NCBI GenBank assembly: GCA_050575255.1
Contig: JBNZDD010013722.1
Coordinates: 268,386-332,385 of the forward strand
Reading direction: 5' to 3'
Source of the DNA: Harriotta raleighana
Lineage: Eukaryota
DNA length: 64,000 nt
Each line of letters starts with the position of its first letter. Positions within the stretch are counted from its first letter, which is position 1. The notes under the pieces were generated by a model. The model worked only from the letters and a program-made list of their open reading frames with translations. It ran no database searches and was not told the origin of the DNA. This document shows, one piece after another, positions 25,820 to 39,520 of this stretch. The translations under genes and the position numbers were made by a program.

Positions 25820-26175
25820 TGAACAAGTCACTTTCAAGGCCGTTCACAGTGGGCTCCAGTCTGCTCCATGTTCCCCCACCTGACCCACCTTACCTTCGAT
25901 GGATTCAGCCTCTCTTCCCTCACACTCTGGAACTCCATCCCACAGTCCCTGCACATCACTTCCTTCCTTGTTTCCTTCAAGGCCGGTCTCAAGACCCTCC
26001 TCTTTGATCATGCCTTCTGCTGCTCTCTACTTTCTTCCTCCCTCCTAACTCTCTCCCCACCTTCCCCTTACAATGCCGCTCCCCCTTGTTCGTGTCCTGA
26101 CCTGATTTTTCAGTGCCTTGGGACGTTCTCCCAACATGAAAGACACTCTATAAATGTCATTTTGTTGTTGTTGAG
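25820..26175 (+). mobile_element. L2 LINE 3' fragment
   Basis: LWNSIPQSL...SFKAGLKTLLF relic and (TTG)n tail. Confidence 0.82.
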
Positions 26176-26224
26176 TACCCGCACTTATCAAATAACCAAC
26201 CAAGGACCTTCCTCTTGAGTGGGA

Positions 26225-26790
26225 GATGATTGGGGTTTGCTTGTAACTGAACTGGCTCTTAGGTAACAATTTTAGCTATACAGAATGTCAGAATCAAGCC
26301 AGTCTTCTATAGTGGTCTTGGTAGTCCAGTTCTTGAGCCCAGGCAGGTCTGCAGTATTGCAGGGCACTGCTGAATACAGCACCGCCAACTAGATCATCAG
26401 CAAGATTTAAAAAATGCAGAGCAGTCACTGAGACAGGGTATATTCCCACTAGGTTCCTGCTAACCCTGCACGCCAAAGCCCTAACAGGTACAACAACAAC
26501 AACAAAATTGCACTTGTATAGCACCTTTCACGTCGGGAGGACGTCCCAAAGCGCTGAGGTAAGGTGATACTAACTTTACAAGCAGTGGGAAAGCTTGTCA
26601 GACAGTGTTTTCAATGTTAAACTATAGAATTTTAGTTGCTTAGACTCCAGCAGTACCCCCACGGTATATATGAAGTCCCCCAAACCTTGGCTCTTGCCAA
26701 CCAAAGCTAATAGTTTCAGGAATTAGATAAGATGATACCCCTGCAGGGAGAGAGTGCACATTCCTTCCAATCAACATCTTTGAAATTTCC
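26225..26790 (+). repeat. Unclassified ancient interspersed repeat (copy 1; L2 tail inserted at about 26490-26556)
   Basis: Collinear similarity to 56138-56560. Confidence 0.7.
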
Positions 26791-27549
26791 ATTACAAGGT
26801 GGAATTCTCAGCCTGGTGGTTGATAATCTCAATCTTAAAGTGCTGAGTGCTCCATTTTTTTTGAGATGCCATCCTAAGGATGAGATGAAGAAGCCTTGTC
26901 TGCCGATTGAGGGAGTCATTAAAAATCCCGACGCATTATTCAAAGCTAGAAGGGAATTTCTCCTCAGATCCTGGTCACCTATCTGCCAGATAAAGTTGGT
27001 TGCTCACTTGTTTATGCCCCCTCCATTCAGCTAACGCAAAACTACTGATCATCCACCTAGAACCCTCTGTACCAACATCAGTGGCCACAGCTTTAGCCAT
27101 TTTGCGCCGAATCTCTGGAACTTCTTGGCTGAATTTCTCTGGCTCACTCCCTCTTTATCTTTAAATCCCATCTACCTATTGAAGCTTGTATGTGGTCATC
27201 CCCCAAGCTGCCACCTCTCTCTCTCCTACCCCTTGCTCGGTGTCCAACTTTGCTACTCTGCAGCCGTCCGAGACACTATTCTGGGTGAGGGCTCTATATA
27301 AATACAAGTATTTGTGTTGATGTGGGATATTGTTCTGAGTAAGTTGTTAGATTCACAAAACACACAGTCACATCAATCTGCAATAAATTTGAGAACATTT
27401 TGACAACACGATAAAGCACCACAGTACATCAAATGCAAGAATTATTATTTTTAGCTTGAACAGTGTGAAGCTCCTTAAAAATGGACAGCAGCCGCTATTG
27501 ACAGAACAGAAACAACTACTAAATTGAATACAACTCCATCTGTGAAAAT

Positions 27550-27840
27550 AATAATATAATGCCTGCATTTTATATAGTGCTTTTTCATGTCTTTGAGACG
27601 TTTCAAAGCACTTCGCTCACAAAGTGAATTGACTGTTTATTTATGGTCGAAATACATCAGCCAATTGCGCATAGCAGGTCTCTCAAACAGTTGTGAATTG
27701 AAGTGTTCAATTTATTATTTTTTTTCTTGAGGGATTAGTATCAGGCGTATGGAGTAAGGAAATTTGCCACGGTTTTGCCTTGCCTGGAATCAAACCCAAG
27801 TCTCTCGCCTGTGAGGCGAGTGTTCTAACAACAGGACTTC
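27550..27840 (-). mobile_element. tRNA-derived SINE
   Basis: Reverse complement of the family consensus. Confidence 0.82.
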
Positions 27841-28023
27841 ACAAATAGTTACAATAACAACGGTATCAGATGGTGATTTCATGGCTGTAATTTAATTTTC
27901 AAATGGTGTGGTTACGAATCCCTCAAGCTTTTCTGCTGAGATTTATGAAATTTTACCTCCTTGATTGGACTGCTGCCTCTGTAATTGTTAATAGATATCT
28001 AAAATGTAGCAAGTATCTATCTT

Positions 28024-28541
28024 CAGGCGAACTAGGCAGTCGCCTAGGGCGCAACAATTTGGGGGGCATCGGCCTGATCCGCATATTAACAACTGCAATG
28101 TTTGCGGAGATAGTACCTGAACTTCCATCCCACCTCTTGCTCTCTGTACACTGATTGGCTAACGGTCTCCGCCAGTCACGTCAACCCAGCGTCCCATTGG
28201 TCGCCACTTGCGTTGATCAGATGGGCACAGTTCACTCCCCGCCAACATATTAGATTAATGGCCCACCCTCAAGGCTGTTCGCAGCCTTTGCTATTGACCT
28301 AATCAATTAATAAGCTTGCTTCACTTTTTAAATGAAATAATAATTATACATATAGATTACTGTATATTGATATCTCGAAGCATGATACAAATAAAAGAAC
28401 TATTATCGGGGCGGGGAGGGGGGGAGATAAAAGAAGCCGTTCGTATAAATTTTTAGTATTAACATTAGCTTATCAAAGGTTACTAGAGGGCGCACATCTG
28501 AAGGCTCATTTAGGGCGCCAAATACCCTTGCGCCGGCCCTG
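28024..28541. mobile_element. Non-autonomous hAT-like element with one intact end
   Basis: CpG-rich insert ending CTTGCGCCGGCCCTG, the complement of a CAGGGCCGG-type hAT terminus. Subterminal TAGGGCGC motifs near both ends. Left TIR not recognisable. Confidence 0.65.
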
Positions 28542-31500
28542 AAAGTAACTAAGGGCTTGATGCCAACCTGGAAAGAGAGGGGAAAGGATACCATAGGCAC
28601 CGTCAAATAAGAAGTTCTTCAGATGCAAGGTGAGGCATGGTGGAGACAACAATTGTCTTAAGTGTTAAGATCCGTGGAATTGTGTAAATTTAGCTTTAAA
28701 TAGGGAGCTCATCTTATAAGATGTACGAATAAATGGCTCCCAAATTAAGCAGAATTGTTCAAAGCAGTGCATGAGGTTTGCAAAAGCTTCAAGGTTTAAA
28801 TGAACTTTTCTTGTTCCCATGTTTCTACCGTAACAGAATTAAGGTGAGACAGCCAGGTCAAAGAGAAAAAAAGCTGCCAAAAAAATTCAAATTCATTCAT
28901 AAATGAGAGAATTTTGAGAAAAGCAAATGCATTTGAAACAATTTAATAGTAATAATTGTATTGGATGTAGTGCCTTATCACATTGTCAAAACATCTCAAA
29001 ACATTTTGCAGGCTTTTCCTGAAAGGATAATGATAGTGTGTTTGTAAGCAAATACATTTGAATCAGTATTGATTCAGAAACAGTTTAGGTGGTGTTTTTT
29101 TCATTCCATTAGATATGTATTGTATTGCTAATTGTACTAGTCCAAAATACAATGCTTGTGGGTTCAAGACCTCACTGTCAATACTGACGCTCCAATGTGG
29201 TATTGCAGGATCTCTGTGATGTAGAATGTACGTCCTTAGGATGAAGTATTAAACCAAAGTCAAAGATCCCATGTAACTACTTGAAAAGAGAAGTGAATTT
29301 CTCCTGGTGTTCTGGTTGACAATTCCTGGACAAAAATTGGTGAGAACTGTTTGTGCAAATTGATGCAATATTTGCCTACTAGATACACAGTGACTACTGT
29401 ACACTTTACAATGAACTCTGTAAAGCTCTTTGAGATGATTTATGGATGTGAAATCCAAGATAATTTTACCATTATTATTCTGAACCGTTACAACTTTTAC
29501 CCCAACATCTTAAAAACTTTAGTTAATGTACTGTAATTAGATTGCTGCACTGATATAAATAGTGCCCTTGGCGTACAGTTGATGGAAGAGCGACTGACAT
29601 AAGAAGGTCACTGGAGTCAACTACACGGATGTGGCTGTCTGTAATGATTAATATTTGCTTTCTGTTGTCTTGAAGACATATTTTGTTATATTTTCATGAG
29701 CTGCAGCTGATGCGACTGAAATCTTCACCTATGGGCAGAGATGTGAAGCACAGACACATGAGAACAGAGGGGTGTGCCTGCCTGCTGATGTGAGTTAAAC
29801 TACAAATGGATATATGTACAATACAAAAGCTGCTTTGCAGTAACATATAGTCTACCTAGCAGTCGCATCCATTGTTCTGTAAGACACTGACACTCAGTTA
29901 GATGACACTCAGGTGAGCTCCCCTAGCTTGGAATCAGGCTCTGTCACTGTTCAGTACTCTGAGATGCAACCAGGCATGAACGATGCAATAAAAGTGCAAG
30001 TTTTTGTTGTTGCTGTTGACACTGTGTTTAGTCATACAAGGAGGTTAAATATAGAGTATATCAGGAAATTAATACCACAACAACAAAATTAATACAGTCA
30101 AGCAAAATAGTACATTTGTGTTATTTATGACTTTTTTTTCTGCATTGAAGGATTTGTATCAAAGTGCCAATTGACAATTAGGCATTTCTGAACCAGAGGT
30201 ATCTGAGACCCCAGAATACCATTCAGTCTTATTTTGTGAGATCATTTGGTCTTCAGAGTGAACATTCAGTCTTAATTTAGAATCTGGTTCTCTTTGGCGT
30301 CTACTGAAGGCTAGATTTCCAAATAATTTTAAATTCTATTGTCCTGCATCACCTTAAACTGTAGGACAAAATATTCTCAACGTAAACCAGGCTAATGATC
30401 TGGCCTCAGACATTATATATAATTACAGTTATCAGAACTAGCTTGAATCAAAATAGGAGTTTGAATTCATTTGAAATGTTGCGTGCAGACCCTGAGGAAA
30501 CTGTGACCTGCTTAAAAGAATAAATAGTTTTATGCACAAATGAAAAATACTGCTCTGAGCGGTCGAAAATGATGTAATGACTAATAAAAGGATCACTGGA
30601 GGCAGGGATTCTTACCACTCAGCTCTTGTTAACTGTACAAGCCAAAGCCCCTATCCACAGCTGTTTGTGGGACACTGCTGTGTGCGATTGGCTGCTGAGT
30701 TTCATCCACAGAATATACTGTCAATTCACATTACAGTATATTTTATGCAGGGTTTTGAGACGTCTCAAAGACGTGACCCTGAGCTGGCTATCACTGGTCT
30801 GCACCAGAGAGACAGTATGTAATATTTGCTTACTGATAGAAAGTCAGAAACATCAAACTTTTATAATCCTTATAAATCGCTGGGGTTAAAAATGCAAAGT
30901 TTAATAACAGATTATTGTAATGTTTAATTATCAGGAGAAATCTATCATAGAATGTTTCATTTTTCACTGGGTTTTAAATGGTCACAATATTTAATAGCTC
31001 TGCAGTTATTTGCACATTAGAATCAGCATGGAATACTGCACAGCATTGTCAATCAGGGAAACATTAACAAAGCTCTGAAGGATTGCCAAGATCAACACAG
31101 ATTGCGAACCCAGGTGAACATATGGAACCAAGTTTATTTGAAAAATAGGTCACATTTTTGAACCCAAGCAAGTGAATGAGATGCAGTGCTGTACTGCACC
31201 TGGCAGGTCTGGGTGTGTGAGGATGGAGATTGATAAAGCAAAATTTCAATAACTTTCATAATTTGTTTTAAAATTCTTTATTGTTTAACTTGGTTTCTAT
31301 TTTTTCCTAAAATTCTCACATTTTTATGGTGACGATCAGTCACCACCTTCCCCTCCCTGCCCTCTACCCTCCCCAAACCCGACTCCAGCTCGGGTCTGAA
31401 ACACTGGCTGTCCAGTGCTCCCAATATGAAAGGCGTTGTACAAATGTCATTTTGTTGCTGGTTGTTGTTTTTCCACTTTAGGAAGACATTTTAGGATTTA

Positions 31501-32308
31501 CGCTGTTTTGTTAGCAGGACATGGCAGTCAGTTTGACCACAGCAATATCTACCTACATCCATGAAATGAATGACCATTTTTGTCTAAGGATTTGTTGGCC
31601 AGCTTTGTTATCTTTTCGAATAGTACCGTGAGATTTTTAACATCTCACCTGAACGATGCATCTCTGATGATATAGTGTATTCCACCACTGCATTTGAGTG
31701 TCAGACTGGACATTGAACTCAGAGACCTGGCATTGGATCTGAACCAACAGAAAAATTGCTGCCACTGAACCAGGCAGACCCCATCAAATTTATGTTGCTT
31801 TATCATTTGTTTAGTATTGCTATAGTCCCTTCATACTGACAGTTCTGCACATCACTAAGTGAGGCAACTTGTATCAAATAAATATTTTCAGTTTTATTAT
31901 TCTGGAATGTTTTTTTAATTTGCTGGCAGACATACTACTATGTTTGTTACAGAGACCATGCACTACCAGACTTGGTATCAAAACACACCTACCCACGCTG
32001 ACTTTCACCCAGTAGGTACTCCCAAGAACTGTAATTGCAAACAGTTGGTGTAAACGCGATCCATTGCTATGGTAATGGGGACGAGTGATTCAGGCATTAA
32101 GTGGTCCAAGGCCTTGACATTGCCTTATATATTGTTTATCATGCAATATATTCTAACCGTTCCTTGTGTTAACTGATTCTTTATGGCAATGCTATGTCAC
32201 TTTCAGGCTGGACTACTTTCTAATCTGTCAGCATCCAACAAACTAAACTACATAATGTCATCAATTTATTGATACTGACTCCAGAAATGTGCATTCATAT
32301 TATTACTA

Positions 32309-32630
32309 TTGGAGTCCTATAGCTCAGTGGTTAGAGCACTCGCCTTACAAGCATGAGACCTCTGCTTAGAATCCACGCAGGCCAGAGCGAAACCTTGGGC
32401 AAGTTTCCTTACTCCACACACCTAATAATAATCCGTCCAAAAAAATCTAGAAGGATTTGGTCATTTCAATCCAAGATTGTTTGTGGGGCACTGCTGTGCC
32501 CAATTAGCTGCTGCGTTTCATCCACAAATATACAGTCAATTCACTTTACAATATATTCCATGAAGTGCTTTGAGATGTCAAGAAGAAGTGAAAATCGCTA
32601 TATCAAATGCAAGTATTATTATTATTATTC
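32309..32630 (+). mobile_element. Full-length tRNA-derived SINE
   Basis: GGAGTCCTATAGCTCAGTGGTTAGAGCA A-box head, core and tail. Confidence 0.9.
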
Positions 32631-34444
32631 TTACTGCATTGGGATTATTTCTGACTCATTGTACTAAAGCTGTAGGAGAGGGGGAAACCTCTCTGACTCC
32701 ACCCAAAGCCGGTCCTCGCTCCTCTCACTAAATTTGCCTTTAGCCAGCACTTTCACTCAACTTGCTTTGATCCTTATCATCCTGTCTGGATGCTCACACT
32801 CCTATCTGAGACAGTGTGTAATCTTGCCATTTTTTCCGCCCTCTCTGTCATTTCTATAGTGATTTTCTGTCAACTGCTTTCATGTGTATGCCAAAATAAT
32901 CAATTTTTCAACTAGGTAAAATATTCTTGTCATTCAATTGGTAACAGAACAATGTATTTCTGAATAACACTGAAAGGAAAACAATTAGCAAACATAGTAG
33001 CCAGGAAAAGAATAGCGCTGAGCTTGAAAGTTGAATTATTCCAGTTGCCATTCAAATTATTATTATAAATTGTCTGCTTTGAAAGCACAGTTATCCGGGA
33101 TTTTATTCAAGGCAGACTTTTAACCTGTTAGCTGTTTGTGGAAAATAGCTGTGTGCAAATTGTCTGATGTGATTCTTGCCAAAATGCATGTTTCTACTTA
33201 CTTTCTTTTAGAATTGGTTTTCAATAGTTATCAAATTCTTTCCCCACCTCCCCCACCCATTGCTCAAATTCAAAATAAGAGAATAACATTCTGGTGGGAG
33301 GCATTGTATATGCCGAAATGTTATGCAGTAAATAGAAATGTGGCTGTTTGTCAATTGACAGATAGCTTTTCCNCCACCCATTGCTCAAATTCAAACTAAG
33401 AGAATAACATTCTGGTGGGAGGCATTGTATATGCCGAAATGTTAGGCACATGCAGTAAATAGAAATGTGGCTGTTTGTCAATTGACAGATAGCTTTTCCA
33501 GAGATGAGGACCCTTTCAATAAAAGTTTGGGGGACATTGCTGTGTGTAATTGGCTGCTGCAAATCTTCCACAAAATATACAGGTTAATTCACTTTACAGT
33601 ATATTCTGTGAAGCGCTTTGAGATATCTCAAAGGCGTGATAAGGTGCTATATCAAATGTAAGGATTATTGAAGGAGGATTAGGATAAAGCTGGGCAGTGA
33701 AATTGAATGAATACCTTGCTTTGAGAAATGATGCACACTTGATGGGCTGAATGGACTCCACCTATAATGAAAAATTTTCTGATCTGACATTATGTAACTA
33801 TNTTGAGAAATGGTGCACACTTGATGGGCTGAATGGACTCCACCTATAATGAAAAATTTTCTGAACTGACATTATGTAACTATAATTTTCCATGTGAATA
33901 GAGATCAGGCATACTAGTTCTAGTAATTGCCAACCCTCAAACTGAATTCTTTATATAATGCTATCCAAATGAATGGATAAACAGAATGAGATGGAATGTG
34001 TCTCATGGATCGAGTTCCATGAATGAGGTTCAGTGGCTTTCTTTAAATTCAAATACATTGAGTATTTCTTATCTCTATAAACTTTTGTTACAGTGCAAAA
34101 TAATTAAGGATATTGGGGTTAAAAAAAGTATGTAAATGTGTTGACAAATTGTCGAAAAATAAGACCAGTCAATGTTTTAATTTATCCATTGGTGAAATTC
34201 TCTCCCCTCACCTCACACCCACATGATAATGGTTGGAGCGAAAGCTGGTCAAAGCAAACACTGGGCTGGAGCTCAGCAGACACTGACTTACCTATAAAAA
34301 CACTTTGGGCATGAGTGGGGAGGAGGGTGAGCTATCGGACCAAATTGCACCTCAAGAATTGTGTCTTCTTTGACCTTCCCTCTTGGTGACTACATTTTCA
34401 AGCTAATCTCTATTTCAGAGATGGCTCTTTGAAGTCTAACTTGA

Positions 34445-34870
34445 CAGCCAGGCTCAGTTGCTTGAATTCTCACCCCATGAGTCAGAAAGATGTTGGTTTA
34501 ACTCCTATGTTGGGGTCTATGAACTCACATAATTTATGTTGACTCCAGTGCAGCACAGGCACTACTATTGTTAGAGTTGTGGTCCTTCAGATTAGATGTT
34601 AAACCAAAGTCCAGTCTGCCTATTCAGATGGGCATTAAAGATCCCGTGGAACTACTCAAAAAGTAGAAGGGAGTTAAGTTTTCTCTGGTGTTCTAGCCAA
34701 CAATCCTCTGGGAAAAATGTAGTCATTCACTGCTTGATTTTAATTGGTTATTGCTATGCACAAATTGCTGAATTTGCCTGCAAATGCACAAGCACTACAC
34801 TTTACAGTAAATCTGTGAAGTGCTCTCAGACATCCTCCTGACATAGAAATATATCAAAGGAAGGCTTATT
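34445..34870 (+). mobile_element. Older full-length Deu-domain SINE (SacSINE1/AmnSINE1-like)
   Basis: GGCTCAGTTG head, GATGTTAAACC...GTCTGCC...TTCAG.TGG...TAAAGATCCC Deu motif and L2-like tail. Similar copies at about 13380, 15140, 21440, 29150, 45478 and 47170. Confidence 0.7.
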
Positions 34871-37076
34871 ATTAATTTTAAAATATGTGTAATCACTACA
34901 ATTGACATGTAGAGGGCAGTAGAGGATGGTAGGAGATGCATGAGTTGCTATTGACCCACAGCACACTCTAGTGTTTCTTCCACAGTGTTGTTGAGATACT
35001 ATATACTAAAATGAAGCAAAATTATTAATGGATAGTTATTGGAACATTACTAATATGAATTACAACCATGAAAATTACTAACTATGATTTGCTGAATTAT
35101 TTGTGCAAGCAAACCAGACAGTCAGTAAGGACAGTAAGGACAAAGGGAATGGGAGTCTTGAGACGGGAGAAGACTGCCACAAGCTGATAACATTGAAGTA
35201 AGGCATTCCTTGTACAACAACAACAACAAAATTACATTCATAGAGTACCTTTCACGTACAAAAACTGAGAAGGAACAACTTATCCTCCCATAAATATTTG
35301 CTATCCTGATTAATTGTTCTCCAATTAGAGATAGACACCGGTCTTGGGAGGAAAGGAGCTGTCTGGTGTTGAGAACTAGTGAGCAGACTATTTTCTTTAA
35401 AAACTTAAACATCCATAAAGAACGGAATATGATCAGATAAACAGGTTTTTGTACAAGGATATGCAAGGGTCGAGTCTATGGTAACCCCCTAATTGGTGAA
35501 ACCGAGGAGCAGATCCTTGGGGCAAAAATGTACAACAACAACAAAATTACACTTGTATAGCGCCTTTCACGTCAGGACGTAACTGCCTTGGTTTGGAGTG
35601 GTTAAGTAGCAGACCCAGCTGAGAGAAGATGGACAGAGACCGTTGCGACTGACTGCTCCTAAACTGGTATTATAATTTTGTTACTTGTAGTGACGTCATT
35701 ATTTTACCAGTTTTATATGTGTTGCTTTGATTGCTAAATCTCTATTACACTATTATTGTTGGGTCATATTTCGAACCTCGGGATCGTAAATCCCAATAGT
35801 ATTAAAGTCCAGTGTAATCCAAATGTAACATCGAGATGATCTGAAACAAAACAACCGTTGAATATTGAATATCTCCCCCAAAATACTGTTGAATTATCAA
35901 TTCATAAATAATTTAGATTTCATATTTTTAAAATATTTAGCTCAATTTATTCTGTGCTGTTATACTGTGTACAGTATCACATGATTCTGCAGAATCACAA
36001 TGGAGCAATGAGAGCCTAAGATTCATGCTTGATCTCTGCTGATCTCAGCTGTGGTGATGGCAAGGTTAATACTCTTTCCCATGTTCCACCATCAATAAGC
36101 TTCAGGTAATCCACAACTCCATCTTCTAATAACCGCTTCTGCACGAAATTCCACATGGTATCATACCAATCATGCCAGTCTCCACATTTCTCTATATGTC
36201 AATGGATCACCATCAAGTTCCTTACCCTTACTTATTAATCCTTTCAATCTTTGCACCTCCCTCTTCTACCTCATGCTTCCCACCTACATTTGGTTCTTTC
36301 TGGCATGCTACATGTTTCCTCTCTCTCTATGAGTGGCAGAGCCTTCAGTTAGTATGTCACTAATCTCTGGATCTTTATCCATCTATCCTTCCTGTCTCAC
36401 CTCCTCTCTATCTTCAAATCCCACAGCGAATCCTAACTCTCTGAATGTGTTTTCAGTCACCGCCTGCATTCCTCTATTTATCCCCCTTCTTCCTTGCATA
36501 GGGTCCGAACTGAAGCACTCGATAGATTATACTATGTGAAAGGCACTGTATAAATGCAAACTGTTGTACAATTGCCCTCAATACAGTATTTAGGATAGTG
36601 AGTGGAAAATCAACATTTCACCAATTGGAAATGCGGAGTTTCAGCAGTCGCTGCTAATCTCTGTTTACCAGTTGGATTCCAAGTGCTGGATAAATGAAAG
36701 TGAGTTCACCAACCTGGACTCCAGGTAATGCTGTCAGAACCTATCATCGCTAGTCTCAAAGTTTGCTCATTAGTAATTTGACAGACATCTGCTTTGGTGT
36801 AGTGGGAGGACAGTACAGTTTGTGACATACCCAAACTTTGGTGGCTACCAACTGCTTAATTCAGTTTTCAAAAGGACTCAGGGTGCAGCAAGGGAGGGTT
36901 TCACACAAATTGGAACTTTGCATTCATATAGTCATATAAAGCTTTAATGTATGTCTGAGGGTGCAAGATATTATTGTGGTGCTATCCTTTGGAAAGGACA
37001 TTAACTGACTATTTACATGGATGCTAAAGATCCCATAACATGAGTTGAAAAGTGAAGGGAGTTACTCCCGTTGTCC

Positions 37077-38680
37077 AACAACAACAACAACAAAATTACA
37101 TTTGTATAGCGCCTTTCACGTCAGGAGGACGTCCCAAGGCACTGGACAGTTATTGATTCACACCTGAGCTGAGGACAGGGCGGGTGGGGGGCGGAAAGAG
37201 CTGCTGATGGGACCATCGAAGAGGAGAGACTTACTTGAGGCGAGACTTGAAGGAGGTTAGGGAGGGGCCGAGGCGGATGGACTTTGGGATGGAGTTCCAG
37301 AGGTTGGGGGCAGAGTGGCTGAAGGCTCNACTTGAGGCGAGACTTGAAGGAGGTTAGGGAGGGGCCGAGGTGCAGGGACTTTGGGATGGAGTTCCAGAGG
37401 TTGGGGGCAGAGTGGCTGAAGGCTCGCCCACCAATTGTTGGGCGGGTGGGTCGGGGGACATGGAGCAAGCCAGAGCCTGCTGAATGGAGGGGAAGGCCAG
37501 GTTGGTAAGGGAATAGGAGGTCACGGATGTAGGGTGGGGCGAAGTTGTGGAGGATTTTAAATGTGAAGTCCAGTGTCTTGAATTGGATCCTCTGGATGTT
37601 GGGGAGCGAATGGAGTAGGGCAAGGATGGGGGAGATGGGATCATGGAGTTTGGAATGGTAGAGGACACGAGCCACAGAATTCTGGATTATCTGTAGCCTG
37701 TGGAGGGAGGAATTGGGAAGGCCGACCAGCAAGGCATTTGCATAATCGTGCTGGGATGTAATGAAGGTATGGATGAGGGTTTCTGCGGCTTTAGGGGTGA
37801 GGTAATGGCGGAGATGGGAAATATTGCAGAGGTGGGGAAAGGCAGAGTGAGTCATTGCTTGGATGTGAGGGAGGAAAGACAGTTGAGAGTCGAACAAGAC
37901 ACCTAGGTTCCTGACTGGCTTGGTGAGGTTGAGTATGCAACCTTGGAGGTTGATGCAGCCAATGCCTGATGCAAGAAGGCGCTGGCATGAGCAAACCAGT
38001 AGGACCTCGGTCTTGTTGAGATTCACCTGTAGAGAGTTTGCTCTCAACTAGGACTTGATGTCTGACAGAACAATGATAGTCAGGACAATGGTAGCCCTGA
38101 AGTCGAGGGTGGAGGCAGAGAGATAGAGTTGGGTGTCATCCGCATACATGTGGAAGTTAACCCCATGTCTGTGGGATGATGTCACCCAAGTGGGAGTATA
38201 TAGATGTTGAAAAGTAGGGGGGCCAAGGACAGAACCCAGGGGGACGCCACAGGTGACAGTGCGGGGGCCAGAGGAGAAAGCGTTGGTGATGACAAAGTGT
38301 AGGCGGTGAGAGATGAAGGAATCGAACCAGGCAAGTGCAGGTCCATGGATATTGAGGAAGGAGGTGTAGGAGGATGGAATGGTCGACAGTGTTGATGCCG
38401 GCGGAGAGATCGAGAATGACAAGGAGGTAGAGAGAAGCCTGGAATCAGATGTTGAGAATGTCATCAGTGATTTTGAACAGGGCTGATTCAGTGCTGTGGG
38501 CTGTCTTAGTGGACAGTATGGAAGTCAGATTGAAGGGGTTCGAGGAGGGAGTGGAGGGAAAGGTAGGAGCGAAGCTGGGAAGCAACAACACTTTCTAGGG
38601 CCTTGGAGAGGAATGGGAGGTTAGAGATGGGGTGATAATTAGAGAGTAGGGATAGTTAGAGAATAGGGATAATTAGAGAG
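37077..38680 (-). mobile_element. 5'-truncated L2 LINE (RT domain to 3' tail), frameshifted
   Basis: Relics GVPLGSVLGP, HMYADDTQLY, LQVNLNKTEVL, VRNLGVLFDSQLSF, GGRAFSHSAPNLWNSIP and a (TTG)n tail. Confidence 0.95.
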
Positions 38681-39032
38681 CAATCCAAGCCAAAAATTTA
38701 CAAGTAATATTCACTTCATGGCTATTGCTGTGGTGTCCTTGACATTGCTGTGGTGTAACTTGGCTGCCGAGTTTGCCTATAAGTCATTACACTTTACAGT
38801 AAATTCTGTGAAGTGCTTTGGAATATCCACCATTAAAGGTGTCAAATAAACTGCATTATTTTATTTGAAGCAGTCAAACACTGTACTTCAGTAGTGGTCT
38901 CATTGACTGAGATTCAATAAGATGCATCTGTGTAAATTTAGACACAAGCACACTGTGACATATTACGCACAATGAACTACATTGCATGCTAACACTGTGA
39001 CACTATATGGGAGATTACACTGCACATGTTAC

Positions 39033-39520
39033 AATAACAACTTGCATTTATACATAGCCTTTCACAGGAAATGGGTCCTGGTGCCTTTCAGTGGCAGAGA
39101 CTGACCTTGCGTCAGGGGGAGAGGGATAGGGGAGGTGACCATAACCACGATCAAAAAGGAGGTCTTTAGGCAGGATTTGAATGTGGGGTGGGAGAGGGTA
39201 AGGTGAAGGGATTGAGGGAGAGAATGTTGGGCATAGTGGCTGAAGGCATGGCAATTGATGATGGAGTGGAGGGGACAAGGGATGAACAGGAGGCAAGAAC
39301 CAGCCGAGCGGAAGTAGCAGGTGTGGGAGTAGGGTGCAAGCAAATTGGATTGGTAGGGGGATGCGAGGGCATACAGGGATTTGAAAATGGGTGAAAGGAT
39401 CTTGAAATCGATCCGTTCAATAATTAGGAGCCAGTGGAGCCTAGAAGGAAGTGGTGTGTTAGGGGTACAGAATTTTATGTGGGTGAGAATATAGATGGTG
39501 GAGTTCTGCATCAGTTGGAT
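39033..39520 (-). mobile_element. L2 LINE 3' fragment (second subfamily)
   Basis: RLHWLLIIERIDFKIL...FKSLYALASPY relic. Confidence 0.85.

Noticed and set aside
32309-32385. tRNA-like sequences here and at 4374, 18650, 22482 and 45892
   Set aside because: These are SINE heads continuing into SINE bodies; no complete cloverleaf.
37121-38047. 308-aa ORF, the longest in the window
   Set aside because: L2 ORF2 C-terminal relic with stops and frameshifts upstream and an N-join inside; not a host gene.
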